A stretch of 64,000 nt of DNA from Thiotrichaceae bacterium UBA4486 (GTDB lineage Bacteria > Pseudomonadota > Gammaproteobacteria > Eutrophobiales > Eutrophobiaceae): NCBI GenBank assembly GCA_002389045.1, contig DGNS01000015.1:196217-260216 (forward strand), given 5' to 3'. Positions 9,904-19,773 of this stretch are shown here, one piece after another (the stretch's first letter is position 1; every line of letters starts with the position of its first letter). The translations under genes were made by a program, and so were the position numbers. The notes below the pieces were generated by a model, which did no database searches, was not told where the DNA came from, and saw nothing but the letters and a program-made list of their open reading frames with translations.

Positions 9904-10512
9904 CTACTGTGCAGATTCCTTATCGACCAGGGCGTTGGTGGCCTTTAGCATGTTTTCAAAGCTGCCGGCGATGGAAGGGCCGGTGAGGTACTTGCCATTG
10001 ATGATGATGGAAGGCACGCCGCGGATCTGGTAGCGGCGGCCCATGAGCAGGGCTTTTTTGATCTTGTCATTGACGGCGTCGGACTCATAGGCCCGATCGA
10101 AGGCGCTTTCATCGATTCCGTTATCGGAGAACAGTTTTCGTAATTCGGCCTGGCTGCCCAGTCGCTGGCCTTTTTTATGGATGGCGTCAAACATGGGCTG
10201 GTGGACGCTATCCAGCACACCCAGTTCCAGTGCGGTGTAGTAGGCGCGGGCATGAGGAATCCAGGATTCCCTGAAAATGCCGGGCATGCGTTTGAATTCC
10301 ACCTGCTCGGGTTTGTTTCTGATCCATTCCTCAAGGTGCGGTTCGAAGTCGTAGCAGTGCGGACAACCGTACCAGAACACTTCCAGGACCTCGATCTTGC
10401 CAGGGGCGACATCCGTGGGTTGCGGGGTGTCCAGGGTGACGTAGGTATCGGCGGCGAGTGCCGGCGCGCCGAGCAACAGCAGGAAGGTAAAAAACAGCTT
10501 CTTCAATAACAT
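9904..10512 (-). CDS. dsbA: Thiol:disulfide interchange protein DsbA
   Basis: Signal peptide, FWYGCPHC active site and GVP cis-Pro loop. Confidence 0.95.
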   Translation of the reverse strand: MLLKKLFFTFLLLLGAPALAADTYVTLDTPQPTDVAPGKIEVLEVFWYGCPHCYDFEPHLEEWIRNKPEQVEFKRMPGIFRESWIPHARAYYTALELGVLDSVHQPMFDAIHKKGQRLGSQAELRKLFSDNGIDESAFDRAYESDAVNDKIKKALLMGRRYQIRGVPSIIINGKYLTGPSIAGSFENMLKATNALVDKESAQ

Positions 10513-10704
10513 GGTTCTAATCCTTGGTAAATTATGTGTTCGCTGACCGGATACGGGTGTTCATGTCGCAGGAGTTGCCTGTATGGCGGTGTTGCGCCTG
10601 GGCCCGCTTTGCATGCATTAATTGATTCGCCCGCATTGATATGGTTTCACTGCCGCGGCCGGTGCGTGCATTTTGTCACAGTAATGACGGGACCGTAGCA
10701 GTGA

Positions 10705-11304
10705 TTAATGCAAGCCCTGGACGTATTCGGAGACCGCCTTGATTTCCTCGGCGCTCATTTTGTTGGCGATGGTCCGCATGATCATGTTAACCCGTGTGCC
10801 GGCGCGGTAGGCATTCAACTGGGTCTCGACGTATGCGGCATGCTGACCGCTGAGCGCCGGGTACTGTGCGGGTGCATTACCTTCACCGGCGGGACCGTGG
10901 CAGGCCATGCAAGCCGGGACTCCGGTGTCCGCGTTGCCCGCCCGGTAGACTTTTTCGCCGCTGACGACATATTCAGGCGGGGTCTGGCCGATACGGCCCT
11001 TGCGCGTACTGTACCAGGCGGCGAGATCCTCGATATCCTGGTCACTGAGATTGGCAGCCATGGGTGACATCTGTGCATTCTCGCGTTCGCCGTTTCTGAA
11101 AAAATGCAATTGTGAGATCAGGTACCCTTCTCCCTGTCCGGCCAGATTGGGCCAGACCGGGTTGCTGCTGTTGCCATCGGCGCCGTGGCAGGCCGCACAG
11201 ACCTGTGACTTCTGCTCACCGGCCTTGATATCTCCGGCAGCGAGGCCGGTACGAATCGACAGTATTAAAAAAAAGGCACACAAAAATAACAGGACTCGCT
11301 TCAT
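10705..11304 (-). CDS. Di-heme cytochrome c4
   Basis: Signal peptide, CAACH and CMACH heme motifs; conserved position between dsbA and yihA. Confidence 0.95.
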   Translation of the reverse strand: MKRVLLFLCAFFLILSIRTGLAAGDIKAGEQKSQVCAACHGADGNSSNPVWPNLAGQGEGYLISQLHFFRNGERENAQMSPMAANLSDQDIEDLAAWYSTRKGRIGQTPPEYVVSGEKVYRAGNADTGVPACMACHGPAGEGNAPAQYPALSGQHAAYVETQLNAYRAGTRVNMIMRTIANKMSAEEIKAVSEYVQGLH

Positions 11305-11530
11305 TTTTGGTTTTTTCCGGTATTGAATTCAAGACAGGGGCAGCTTAAATCCGCTTGCCGGGCAAGTAAAGAACACAAGTTGCGCCAGATCATGGGATAT
11401 TCACATTCTTTGCCGTCGCGATGCTTTACAAGCCCGCGAATTTAACGTTTCATCCCGGCATGCATGGTACGACTTACGGACGCGACACAGACACGACAGA
11501 TCGCCACAACTACAGGCCTCTGAGGCAACC

Positions 11531-12121
11531 ATGACGGATCGCTATGCGCAGACCCGTTTCCTGATTTCGGCCGCGGAGCTGTTGCAGTTACCGGCGGATA
11601 CCGGTACGGAGGTGGCTTTCGCCGGGCGCTCCAATACCGGTAAATCCAGCGTCATTAATGCACTCACCCGTCAAAACGCACTGGCGCGAGTCAGCAAGAC
11701 GCCGGGGCGCACCCGCCTGTTGAACTGTTTCGAGGTTATGCCCGGGCAGCGCATTATCGATCTGCCGGGCTACGGTTATGCAAAAGTACCCGAGCGCATC
11801 CGATCGCATTGGGGCGAAGTGCTGGAAGGCTATTTCCAGACCCGCGATTCACTCAGGGGGTTGATCCTTATCGTGGATATTCGTCATGGGCTGAAGCCCA
11901 CGGATCGCCAGATGCAGGCCTGGTGTGAAAGTCGTGATTTGCCCCTGCATATCGTTTTGAACAAGGCTGACAAGCTGTCCCGCGGGGCAGCCGCCGGGCG
12001 TAAGCAGGCGCTTGAGACCGAACCCGGTCATTACGGCAGTGTCCAGGTGTTTTCCGCCCTGAAAAAAACCGGGCTGGAGCAATTGACTGCCAGGCTGGAT
12101 GAGTGGTTCGACGTGAAATAA
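11531..12121 (+). CDS. yihA: Ribosome biogenesis GTPase YihA/EngB
   Basis: GRSNTGKSS, SKTPGRT, DLPGYGYA and NKADK motifs. Confidence 0.96.
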   Translation: MTDRYAQTRFLISAAELLQLPADTGTEVAFAGRSNTGKSSVINALTRQNALARVSKTPGRTRLLNCFEVMPGQRIIDLPGYGYAKVPERIRSHWGEVLEGYFQTRDSLRGLILIVDIRHGLKPTDRQMQAWCESRDLPLHIVLNKADKLSRGAAAGRKQALETEPGHYGSVQVFSALKKTGLEQLTARLDEWFDVK

Positions 12122-12134
12122 GCGGCCATCAGGC

Positions 12135-12253
12135 AAAAAAAAATGGCCCCGGGTTGTCAAGGGGAGGTAGGCATTCCGGGGCCTAATCATACCCGGCTGG
12201 GGAGACCGGGTTCGTTAGCTGTCCAGGGAGGGGGACAGCAACTTTCTTGCGTT
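12135..12253 (-). ncRNA. Putative ~120-nt sRNA with three stem-loops carrying C-rich loops, ending in an intrinsic terminator
   Basis: Minus-strand hairpins GCUGUCC-CCCUCCCU-GGACAGC (12218-12239), ACCCGGU-CUCCCCA-GCCGGGU (12191-12211) and GGCCCCGG...UACCUCCCC...CCGGGGCC followed by U9 (12135-12183); sigmaE-type promoter directly upstream. Confidence 0.72.
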
Positions 12254-12258
12254 AAATA

Positions 12259-12286
12259 TTAGAACGCATCATGTTGTAGTAAGTTC
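12259..12286 (-). promoter_or_regulatory. sigmaE/AlgU-type promoter for the putative sRNA
   Basis: GAACTT (12286-12281), a 17-nt spacer and TCTAA (12263-12259) match the RpoE/AlgU consensus. Confidence 0.72.
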
Positions 12287-12488
12287 ACAGCCATGCTATC
12301 GATTATGCCAATTCACGGCTTTTATACACAATATATGGCATAAACCGACGTCATGCAGATTTTCTGCTTTCAGGATACCTCTGGAGGCCGCATTGAGCCG
12401 TGTAACTATATGTTATTTATAGTAAATAGTCCAACTGGTTAAATTTTAACAGATCTGTAATACAAGGCTTAAAAAAAGCCTTTTACCA

Positions 12489-12537
12489 TTATCCAGACGA
12501 TTTAATCCACAATGTTGTCCACTGATTTTGTGGATAA
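12489..12537. promoter_or_regulatory. Cluster of DnaA-box-like nonamers
   Basis: TTATCCAGA (12489), TAATCCACA (12503), TTGTCCACT (12515) and a perfect TGTGGATAA (12529) in AT-rich intergenic DNA. Confidence 0.5.
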
Positions 12538-12641
12538 ATATCAATCCGTTTTTTTGCAGTGAGTTAAGCAAAATTAATAACAGAAAGTGTTAAGCACGGC
12601 GTCTAAGTCTATGATGGTGCATCGCAACAGATCGCGGTTTT

Positions 12642-14105
12642 TTACTCCACGATTTTGATGAGTGAACCCGGCTCGGGTTCACCGTCGGGGTATAACGCGT
12701 TCAACAGCCGGAGTTGCTCCACGGCGTATTGCTTCAACGGGGATTGTTCAGCCAGGGCGGCGAAGCTGGTGTCTACCACTTCAGTGATTTTCAGTCTCAA
12801 CGGCCGGGCGAGGATGCGTTCATTCGGGGTCATGGCATGAAAACTTTTCATACTGTCGAGAAAGACCGTGTCGTAGCGGGCGATGGCTTGCGGATCTTTT
12901 GTGATCCCGGCGAGGATGAAGGCCCGGTTGTTGAAATATATCACCGTCAGCCGGGCCAGGCGCTGACCGAAGCTGGTGTTGATGGTGGAGGTGCCCGTGT
13001 GGGCCTCGTTGCCATGAATATTCAGTACGCTGTCGTTGCCGAGGTTGTTTAGACCCAGGCGCTCGATCATGAATTGTCGTGGCGAGATACGCTTGTTCAG
13101 ATCCTCGGTGGACAGTTGCAGCACGGCCTCGCCGCCCGGCGCCGTGATCAGCAGCCGGTCCGGCCGGTTGGTCATGTTCCAGCCACGTGGAAAGCTGAAC
13201 GTGAATCCCAGATCCTCGTGATAGAAATTATTGCCGCGGGTAATACCCTCTTTGGGACTGTCACCGAAAACCACGCCGTCAAGCTGGTCCAGAAAGACTT
13301 CCTTGCCAACGTAGGATGTGTCGCCGGTTTTCAGGGCATCGGCGAGCCCGACCACTTCCTGCAAACGCGTGTCATTATCGGGATGGGTGGAGAACACGCC
13401 GTGGTAAATACGCGGTTCCCGTCCCTCTGCTTTCGCACGCTGGCTTTCGAAGATTTCCTGGTTTTTCAGCACCCCGATCACATCCAGCATGGCTTCGGGT
13501 TCATAACCGGTGGAGGCCAGGTATTCGGCGCCGAGGCGATCGGCTTCCAGCTCATGTTCACGCCCGTAGCCGCGCAGGAGGGCGGTGCCGAAGATGTTGA
13601 CCAGTTGGTTGGCGGCGGCGTTATTCATGCCGGGAATAAAAATGGCGCCGAGTGTCGCGCCGATATTCGCCATCTGGGTGGCGCTGTACTGGCGCACCGA
13701 GTGCCGCGCGGTGACATGACCGATTTCGTGGCCGAGTACGGCGGCCAGTTCCGCCTCGCTGTTCAGGTAGGCCATGAGGCCGCGGGTGATGTAGATGTAT
13801 CCACCCGGCAGGGCGAAGGCATTGACCTCGTCGCTGTCGAGCACGGTAAAGCGATAAATCAGGTTGTTGCGGTGGCTCTTTCGGGCCAGGCGCTCGCCGA
13901 CCTGCTGGACGAAGACCTGTAATTCCGGATCGTCGTAAACGCCGTACTGGTCCAGCACCTGTTGATGGGTCTGGCGGCCGAGGGTGATTTCCTGCTGCTC
14001 GGACATGAAGACGATATCCTGTTCGCCGGTGACCGGGTTGGTGGCGCAGGCACCGAGTTGCAACAGGGCCGTTAACAGAAGCGGTAGTCGTAGGGGTTTC
14101 ATCAT
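12642..14105 (-). CDS. M48 family zinc metalloprotease lipoprotein
   Basis: Lipobox LGAC, NAFALPGG, HEIGH, ELEAD and STHP motifs. Confidence 0.92.
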   Translation of the reverse strand: MMKPLRLPLLLTALLQLGACATNPVTGEQDIVFMSEQQEITLGRQTHQQVLDQYGVYDDPELQVFVQQVGERLARKSHRNNLIYRFTVLDSDEVNAFALPGGYIYITRGLMAYLNSEAELAAVLGHEIGHVTARHSVRQYSATQMANIGATLGAIFIPGMNNAAANQLVNIFGTALLRGYGREHELEADRLGAEYLASTGYEPEAMLDVIGVLKNQEIFESQRAKAEGREPRIYHGVFSTHPDNDTRLQEVVGLADALKTGDTSYVGKEVFLDQLDGVVFGDSPKEGITRGNNFYHEDLGFTFSFPRGWNMTNRPDRLLITAPGGEAVLQLSTEDLNKRISPRQFMIERLGLNNLGNDSVLNIHGNEAHTGTSTINTSFGQRLARLTVIYFNNRAFILAGITKDPQAIARYDTVFLDSMKSFHAMTPNERILARPLRLKITEVVDTSFAALAEQSPLKQYAVEQLRLLNALYPDGEPEPGSLIKIVE

Positions 14106-14174
14106 GACAAATCTTATGACAGCCTTTTTATAAAATCATTGCATTCGTGTCTGATCCCGGCGTGACGGGTGCAT

Positions 14175-14202
14175 AAAAAAAGCGCCGCTGGGGCGCTTTT
14201 TT
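14175..14202. terminator. Intrinsic terminator after rpmE (bidirectional form)
   Basis: A7-GCGCC-loop-GGCGC-T6. Confidence 0.85.
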
Positions 14203-14225
14203 CAAGTAACCATGGCCTGGATGTA

Positions 14226-14426
14226 TTACATCCCGTATTTGCGGCGGAACTTGTCCACGCGGCCGGCGGTATCGAGCATTTTCTGTTTGCCGGTGTAAAA
14301 AGGATGACACTGGGAGCAGACGTCGATGTGCAGGTCCCTGGTGTGCGTGGAGCGGGTTTTGAAGGTGTTGCCGCAACTGCAGGTGACGCTGATTTCTTCG
14401 TAGGCGGGGTGGATCTCTGCTTTCAT
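14226..14426 (-). CDS. rpmE: 50S ribosomal protein L31 (Zn-binding type)
   Basis: MKAEIHP, CSCG and [12 protein letters not shown]. Confidence 0.97.
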   Translation of the reverse strand: MKAEIHPAYEEISVTCSCGNTFKTRSTHTRDLHIDVCSQCHPFYTGKQKMLDTAGRVDKFRRKYGM

Positions 14427-14516
14427 GGTGCTTGCCGTCGTTAAGTGGGGTTAACTGTGGGCGGCGAGTGTATTCGAATCGGGGGGCGGAATCAATTGCT
14501 TCCGGGCGAAATCGGC

Positions 14517-14885
14517 TCAATCAGCATCTCCGCCGGGTTTGTCGAAATGTATGACCGTGGCCTCCCTGCGCGCCCGTGTATTTCGGGTTTCCGGGCTCTT
14601 GCCCAGATCCTCGATGGTCTGCACCAGGCCATCCTCGCCCAGCACCGAATCCCACATCATGGAGGAAAGTCTCAGGCAGGAGGCCATGGGATTGTTCGCG
14701 GTCTGGCGAATCCGGTCGATCCGCCATTGCAGACCCTGCATGCGCTGGCGCATGTTTTCCGGTACGGCCGCGATCATGTCGCGGATTTTTTCCTCGCGCA
14801 GGCGTTCGAACCGTTCCGGATCTTCCCTGGCAAGAGTAACCCATTCGTCAAAATCGAAATTTGTGGATTGGTCCTTTTTGCTCAT
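14517..14885 (-). CDS. DUF3135-like protein
   Basis: FDEWVTLAREDPERFERLR...LQWRID...NPMASCLRLSSMMW pattern. Confidence 0.7.
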   Translation of the reverse strand: MSKKDQSTNFDFDEWVTLAREDPERFERLREEKIRDMIAAVPENMRQRMQGLQWRIDRIRQTANNPMASCLRLSSMMWDSVLGEDGLVQTIEDLGKSPETRNTRARREATVIHFDKPGGDAD

Positions 14886-15002
14886 ATATCTGGAGTATCC
14901 CGCGTTGTGAGAGCGTATGTATTATTATCGTTGACCGGCCTCGACATTGCATGGCTGAAATGTCGCCCCTGATCTTTATTTCGGGCGCGGGAAGGAAAAT
15001 CT

Positions 15003-15788
15003 TTAAGGCTGGCGGATATCGATATCGAAACTGGCCACGACCGGGGTATGATCTGACGGCCTTTCCAGGGTTCTCGGTTCGGTATCGATACTGCAGGCGA
15101 CGAGCTGTTGGCCGAGGGCTTTATCGGCAAGAATGTGATCGATACGCAGGCCGCGGTTGCGACGGAACGCCGCGGCACGGTAATCCCACCAGGAATAGGC
15201 GCCGGGGTTGCTGTCCAGCATGCGGTAACAGTCGACCAGCCCGTGGTCGATAAGCTTCCGGAACTCGGCGCGCTCGGCATCGCTGACGAGTACCTTGCCG
15301 GCCCACTCTTCCGGGTCGTGTACATCGATATCCGCCGGTGCGACGTTGAAATCGCCCACTATCACGAGATGCTGTTTTTCTTTCAGCAATTGCCGGATAT
15401 ACGGATGCAGGCGATCGAACCAGTCCAGCTTGTAGAGGTATTTTTCCGAGCCGACCTCGGAACCGTTCGGCACATACAGGTTCAGCAAGGTGACCGGACC
15501 GTAGTCGGCGGCGATGACCCGCTGCTGCGGATCGCTGTAGTCCGGGATCCCGCATTGTGGCGAAGCAGGCGGGATCCGGCTGAGAATGGCCACGCCATTG
15601 TAGGTTTTCTGGCCGCTGACGACGGCGTGGTAGCCGAGTTCCAGGAAGTCATCCGCCGGGAACTGCTCGCTGGTCATCTTGATTTCCTGCAGCGCCAGCA
15701 AATCCGGCTGGTGATTTTGCAGCCAGGCGACGACGTGCGCTTGCCGTACCCGCAGCGAGTTAACGTTCCAGGTGGCGACGGTCAGCAC
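15003..15788 (-). CDS. xthA: Exodeoxyribonuclease III
   Basis: ATWNVNS, LQEIK, GDFNVA, GLRIDH and PSDH motifs. Confidence 0.95.
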   Translation of the reverse strand: MLTVATWNVNSLRVRQAHVVAWLQNHQPDLLALQEIKMTSEQFPADDFLELGYHAVVSGQKTYNGVAILSRIPPASPQCGIPDYSDPQQRVIAADYGPVTLLNLYVPNGSEVGSEKYLYKLDWFDRLHPYIRQLLKEKQHLVIVGDFNVAPADIDVHDPEEWAGKVLVSDAERAEFRKLIDHGLVDCYRMLDSNPGAYSWWDYRAAAFRRNRGLRIDHILADKALGQQLVACSIDTEPRTLERPSDHTPVVASFDIDIRQP

Positions 15789-15843
15789 GGGTACATCAGG
15801 TGGACATTAGCAGGCAGACATCGAGTTACGGGACACGCCGGAA

Positions 15844-16608
15844 TCAGACCCGGAAGCCGCTGTGTTTGCGGCGGTGGAATATGTCGTAAATCAACAGACC
15901 CAGGATCAGACCGATGGCCAGTGCCACGAGGATGTAGACGAGGTGACGCTTGAGATCGCCACTGCGGCTTTTCAGGGCCAGAATTTCCTGCTTGATGGAA
16001 CCCTCGTCGGGCGGGTTACGCAGCAGGGCCAGTTTGTCCTCGAGTTCGATGTTTTGTTGTTCGAGTTCGGAAATGCGCTGGTAAAGCGCCTGGTTGTCCG
16101 CGCCGGCATCACCGCTGACGGGCGCCGCGGTCTTGCGCAGTTTGGAGATTTCAGCCTGTAATTCGCCGGCCTGCAAGCGAACAGATTTGATTTCCTGTTG
16201 CAGTTTGCTGTTTTCTTCGCTGAGGGCCTGCAGTTGTGGCTGATCCTGCTGTTGCTGCAGGCGGGCCTCGAGCTTGCTGATCTCGTTTTTCAGCTGTGTA
16301 TTGCGGCTGCTGACTTCCTCGAACAGGCGGCGGGTGGGTTTTTCCGGTTGCAGGTATTCGTTCTTGATCCAGCCGGTGACATCGGCCTCGTCACGTACCT
16401 GGGCCAGTTTGTCGTCCCGGGCCAGGATCTCCAGTTCATCTCCGGTGGCCAGCAACTTGATGATGGGACTGTCGAGGCTGTTTTCCTGGTGCAGCCCGAC
16501 CTCGATCCGGTCGATGACATAGGCGACCTCGGCAGCCACCGTAAGCGGCGCCATGAGCGTGACTGCCAGGCAGACCTGGATGATTTTCCCCGTATCGATT
16601 CCGTGCAT
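15844..16608 (-). CDS. SH3-domain membrane-anchored protein (YgiM/TIGR04211-like)
   Basis: Signal peptide, SH3b-like segment ending GWIKNEYL, coiled coil and C-terminal TM helix with a basic tail. Confidence 0.75.
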   Translation of the reverse strand: MHGIDTGKIIQVCLAVTLMAPLTVAAEVAYVIDRIEVGLHQENSLDSPIIKLLATGDELEILARDDKLAQVRDEADVTGWIKNEYLQPEKPTRRLFEEVSSRNTQLKNEISKLEARLQQQQDQPQLQALSEENSKLQQEIKSVRLQAGELQAEISKLRKTAAPVSGDAGADNQALYQRISELEQQNIELEDKLALLRNPPDEGSIKQEILALKSRSGDLKRHLVYILVALAIGLILGLLIYDIFHRRKHSGFRV

Positions 16609-16665
16609 GTGCTGGATTATATCGTTTCCATGCTTTGGTGAATGTTATTTCCCTGAAGATATGGA

Positions 16666-18708
16666 TTATGCCGTAATTCCACTGTGTCTTAACAGGGGTT
16701 CGACACTCGGCTCGCGGCCGCGGAACTCGATAAACAGCTCCAGCGGATCGCGGGACCCGCCCTGCTCCAGGATGCTGTGCAGGAATGCCTTGCCGGTCTC
16801 AGTGTTAAAGATACCCTGTTCTTCAAACCTGGAAAAGGCATCCGCTGACAGCACCTCGGCCCACTTGTAGCTGTAATAACCGGCGGCGTAGCCCCCGGCG
16901 AAGATGTGCGAAAAGCCGTTCTGGAAGCGGTTGAAGACGGGCGGCTGAATCACCGCCACCTTTTCGCGCACCTCGTCGAGCAGTTTCTGGATGTCTTCGG
17001 CCGAGTCGATGTGCGGTTGCATGTGCAGGCGGAAATCGAACAGGGAGAATTCCAGTTGCCGCACCATCTGCATACCGGACTGGAAATTCTTCGCCGCCCA
17101 CATTTTCTCGAACAGGTCCGCCGGGATTTTCTCACCGCTTTCGTGATGGCGGGCGAACAGATCCAGCGCCTCGCGCTCCCAGCACCAGTTTTCCATGAAC
17201 TGGCTCGGCAGCTCGACGGCATCCCAGGGCACACCGTTGATGCCGGATACACCGGCGTAGTCGACCTTGGTCAGCATGTGGTGCAGGCCATGGCCGAATT
17301 CGTGGAACAGGGTGATGACCTCGTCGTGGGTGATCAGCGCCGGCTTGCCGCCCACCGGCGGTGTGAAATTACAGGTCAGGTAGGCAACCGGTGTCTGGAT
17401 TGCCGAGTCCAGTTTGCGCCGGACCACGCATTCATCCATCCAGGCGCCGCCGCGTTTGTGCTGACGCGCGTACAGATCGAGATAAAAGCTGCCCTGCAAC
17501 TCGCCGCTGCTGTTGTAGATATCGTAAAACATCACATCGTCGTGCCAGGTGGTGACACCCTCGCGCGGCCGGATATCAAGTTCATAGAGTCGCTGGACCA
17601 CGGCAAACAGGCCCTGCAGCACGTTCGGCACGGAAAAATACGGGCGCAGATCCTCGTCGGAAAACCGGAACATGGCCTGCTTCAGTTTTTCCGAGTAGTA
17701 AGCAATATCCCAGGCATCGAGCGTGTCGATGGTGTATTTTTCACGGGCATGGCGATTGATCTGTTCCAGGTCCGACTGTGCCACGGGCGCTGATTTGTCG
17801 GCGAGCTCGGTGAGAAAATCCAGTACCTGCCGCGGCGTGGCGGCCATCTTTTTCGCCAGCGATAAATCGGCGTAACTGGCGAAGCCCAGCAGCCGTGCGA
17901 CTTCCTGGCGCTTGTTGAGAATATCCACCATCACCGCGCTGTTGTCCCACTGCGGATCGTTGCCGGCTTCGGCCGAGGCGCGCGTGTTGTAGGCCGTGTA
18001 CATTTCCCGGCGCAGTCCGGCATCGTCGGCGTACTGCATCACCGGCAGGTAACAGGGGAAATCCAGGGTCAAAAGCCAGCCCTCGTCAAAACCATTCTCA
18101 CGCGCCGACTGCTCCAGGTAACCGAGCACCGATTGCGGCAGGCCGGAGAGCATGTCCTGATCGGTCACGTGTTTTTTCCAGGCCTGGGTGGCGTCGAGCA
18201 GGTTTTCCTCGAAGTGTGTTTGCAGCTTCGTCAGTTCCTGTTGCAAGCGCCGATAGGTGGCGCGGTCCTCGCTGTTCAGTTCGATCCCGGAGAGGCGGAA
18301 ATCGCGCAGGGCGTTGTCGATGAGCTTTTTCTGTGCCGGTACAAGGCGCGCGTATTCGTCACTTTCGGCCACCGCCTTGAAGCCTTTATAAAGGCCTTCG
18401 TGCTGTCCCATCTCGGTGGCGTAGTCGGACAATTTGCCGATGCATTCGCTGTAGGCTTTTCTGAGCGCCTCGTTGTCGCGAACGCTATGCAGGTGACTGA
18501 CCGGTGACCAGGCGCGATTGAGGCGATCATCCATGTCTTCCAGCGGCTGGACAAAGTTATCCCAGGTGAACCCGGTCGTTGTCGAGACCAGGTGTTCGAC
18601 GGTTTCGCGGTTCTCTTCGAGTAATTGATCAATGGCGGGGACGACGTGTTCGGGTTGAATGCGATCAAACGCGGGCAACGTATGATTTTCAAGTAACGGG
18701 TTATTCAT
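16666..18708 (-). CDS. prlC: Oligopeptidase A (M3 family)
   Basis: MNNPLL, KRGGAWM, FHEFGHGLHH, VELPSQ and FAGGYAAGYYSYKWAE. Confidence 0.96.
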   Translation of the reverse strand: MNNPLLENHTLPAFDRIQPEHVVPAIDQLLEENRETVEHLVSTTTGFTWDNFVQPLEDMDDRLNRAWSPVSHLHSVRDNEALRKAYSECIGKLSDYATEMGQHEGLYKGFKAVAESDEYARLVPAQKKLIDNALRDFRLSGIELNSEDRATYRRLQQELTKLQTHFEENLLDATQAWKKHVTDQDMLSGLPQSVLGYLEQSARENGFDEGWLLTLDFPCYLPVMQYADDAGLRREMYTAYNTRASAEAGNDPQWDNSAVMVDILNKRQEVARLLGFASYADLSLAKKMAATPRQVLDFLTELADKSAPVAQSDLEQINRHAREKYTIDTLDAWDIAYYSEKLKQAMFRFSDEDLRPYFSVPNVLQGLFAVVQRLYELDIRPREGVTTWHDDVMFYDIYNSSGELQGSFYLDLYARQHKRGGAWMDECVVRRKLDSAIQTPVAYLTCNFTPPVGGKPALITHDEVITLFHEFGHGLHHMLTKVDYAGVSGINGVPWDAVELPSQFMENWCWEREALDLFARHHESGEKIPADLFEKMWAAKNFQSGMQMVRQLEFSLFDFRLHMQPHIDSAEDIQKLLDEVREKVAVIQPPVFNRFQNGFSHIFAGGYAAGYYSYKWAEVLSADAFSRFEEQGIFNTETGKAFLHSILEQGGSRDPLELFIEFRGREPSVEPLLRHSGITA

Positions 18709-18754
18709 AACGGCTTATGGTCTTCTGTAATGGGAATGGAAATGGCGTCGCAGC

Positions 18755-19708
18755 TTATCCCGTCAGCCGCAGGCTAATCAACCATGTGGCCAGCGCGCCG
18801 CTGATAAAAAACGCAACCAGGCCGGCGCGGTAATAAAGCCGGTAGCGTTTGACCAGGTCCGATTCCGGAAGTGCGGAAAGAATAAAGGGTCGCCGCCGAT
18901 CGCAGGTCTTGCCCATCAGATTCGTCGGCATGGCGACTTTTTCACTGGCGTGCCGTTGCCGGACTTCCTTGTACGCGGCCTCGCGCACGGCCTGCCATTC
19001 CTGCATGCAGATCTCGCCGTCCCGGTTCTGATCGAACCGTGCCAGCAGGGCGTCCGCGTTTTGTTTCCATTCGCGCAGCAGTTCGCGCACATCCTCGTTC
19101 ATATCGAAGTTACCGCCCGCGCCGCCCTCGGTGCGAAACAGGCCGATGGCGTAGAGTGGATCGCCGGGACGCATGCGCTCTTCCGTATAGCGGTAGCGGC
19201 CGAAACCACGGCTGAATCGCGTGAATAAAGAGTGGCGGCCCGAAGTACTGCCGCCGGGCTGTTGTGACGGTGTTGCCGAGTGGCCGCGCCAGACATTCTT
19301 GACGGCGGGCGTGACCCTGGCGCCATCGGGATCGATCACGCACAGCCCGGTATCGTCGCGGAGCAGGAACAGATCGTCACTGGTACCCTTGCGCAAGGTA
19401 ACCCACCTGGAATTCTTGCCCGAGCCGCGGTGTTCCTCGACGCGGAAGCGGTACCAGGTGCAGGTGGTGCCGGTGAGAGGCGCCATAATGGGCGGGCCAT
19501 CGAGTAACTCCCCGGTGCCGTTCAGTTCAACATAGCCCTGGGCCGCGGAACGAATGCGGGAGGTCGGCGTGTCTTCAAACAGTCGCTTGCGGTAGAAGAA
19601 AATAAATGCGGCGATGAAACCGGCCACGGCCAGCACGGCCAGACCGATGGCCCAGAACCAGAAATCATCGCCCGGGCTGGTGCGGGCCCACTGGGTGATG
19701 CTGCTCAT
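18755..19708 (-). CDS. GIDE-like membrane protein with an EF-hand-like loop, downstream of lemA
   Basis: N- and C-terminal TM helices, DTPTSRIRSAAQGYVEL and DQNRDGEICMQE. Confidence 0.7.
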   Translation of the reverse strand: MSSITQWARTSPGDDFWFWAIGLAVLAVAGFIAAFIFFYRKRLFEDTPTSRIRSAAQGYVELNGTGELLDGPPIMAPLTGTTCTWYRFRVEEHRGSGKNSRWVTLRKGTSDDLFLLRDDTGLCVIDPDGARVTPAVKNVWRGHSATPSQQPGGSTSGRHSLFTRFSRGFGRYRYTEERMRPGDPLYAIGLFRTEGGAGGNFDMNEDVRELLREWKQNADALLARFDQNRDGEICMQEWQAVREAAYKEVRQRHASEKVAMPTNLMGKTCDRRRPFILSALPESDLVKRYRLYYRAGLVAFFISGALATWLISLRLTG

Positions 19709-19773
19709 GCGCGCCGACGTGCCGTTTTTATTTCAGAAATACATCCTGCATGGATATCTCCCCGGGCAAGCGT

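Noticed and set aside
12122-12300. CsrB/RsmY-type RNA on the plus strand
   Set aside because: GGA-like motifs are few and are the complement of the C-rich loops; promoter and U-tract polarity point to the minus strand
12400-12620. Chromosomal replication origin
   Set aside because: Only one perfect DnaA box and none of the usual origin-flanking genes
14128-14520. 130-aa ORF overlapping rpmE
   Set aside because: Alternate frame across rpmE and its terminator, with low-complexity Arg/Pro composition
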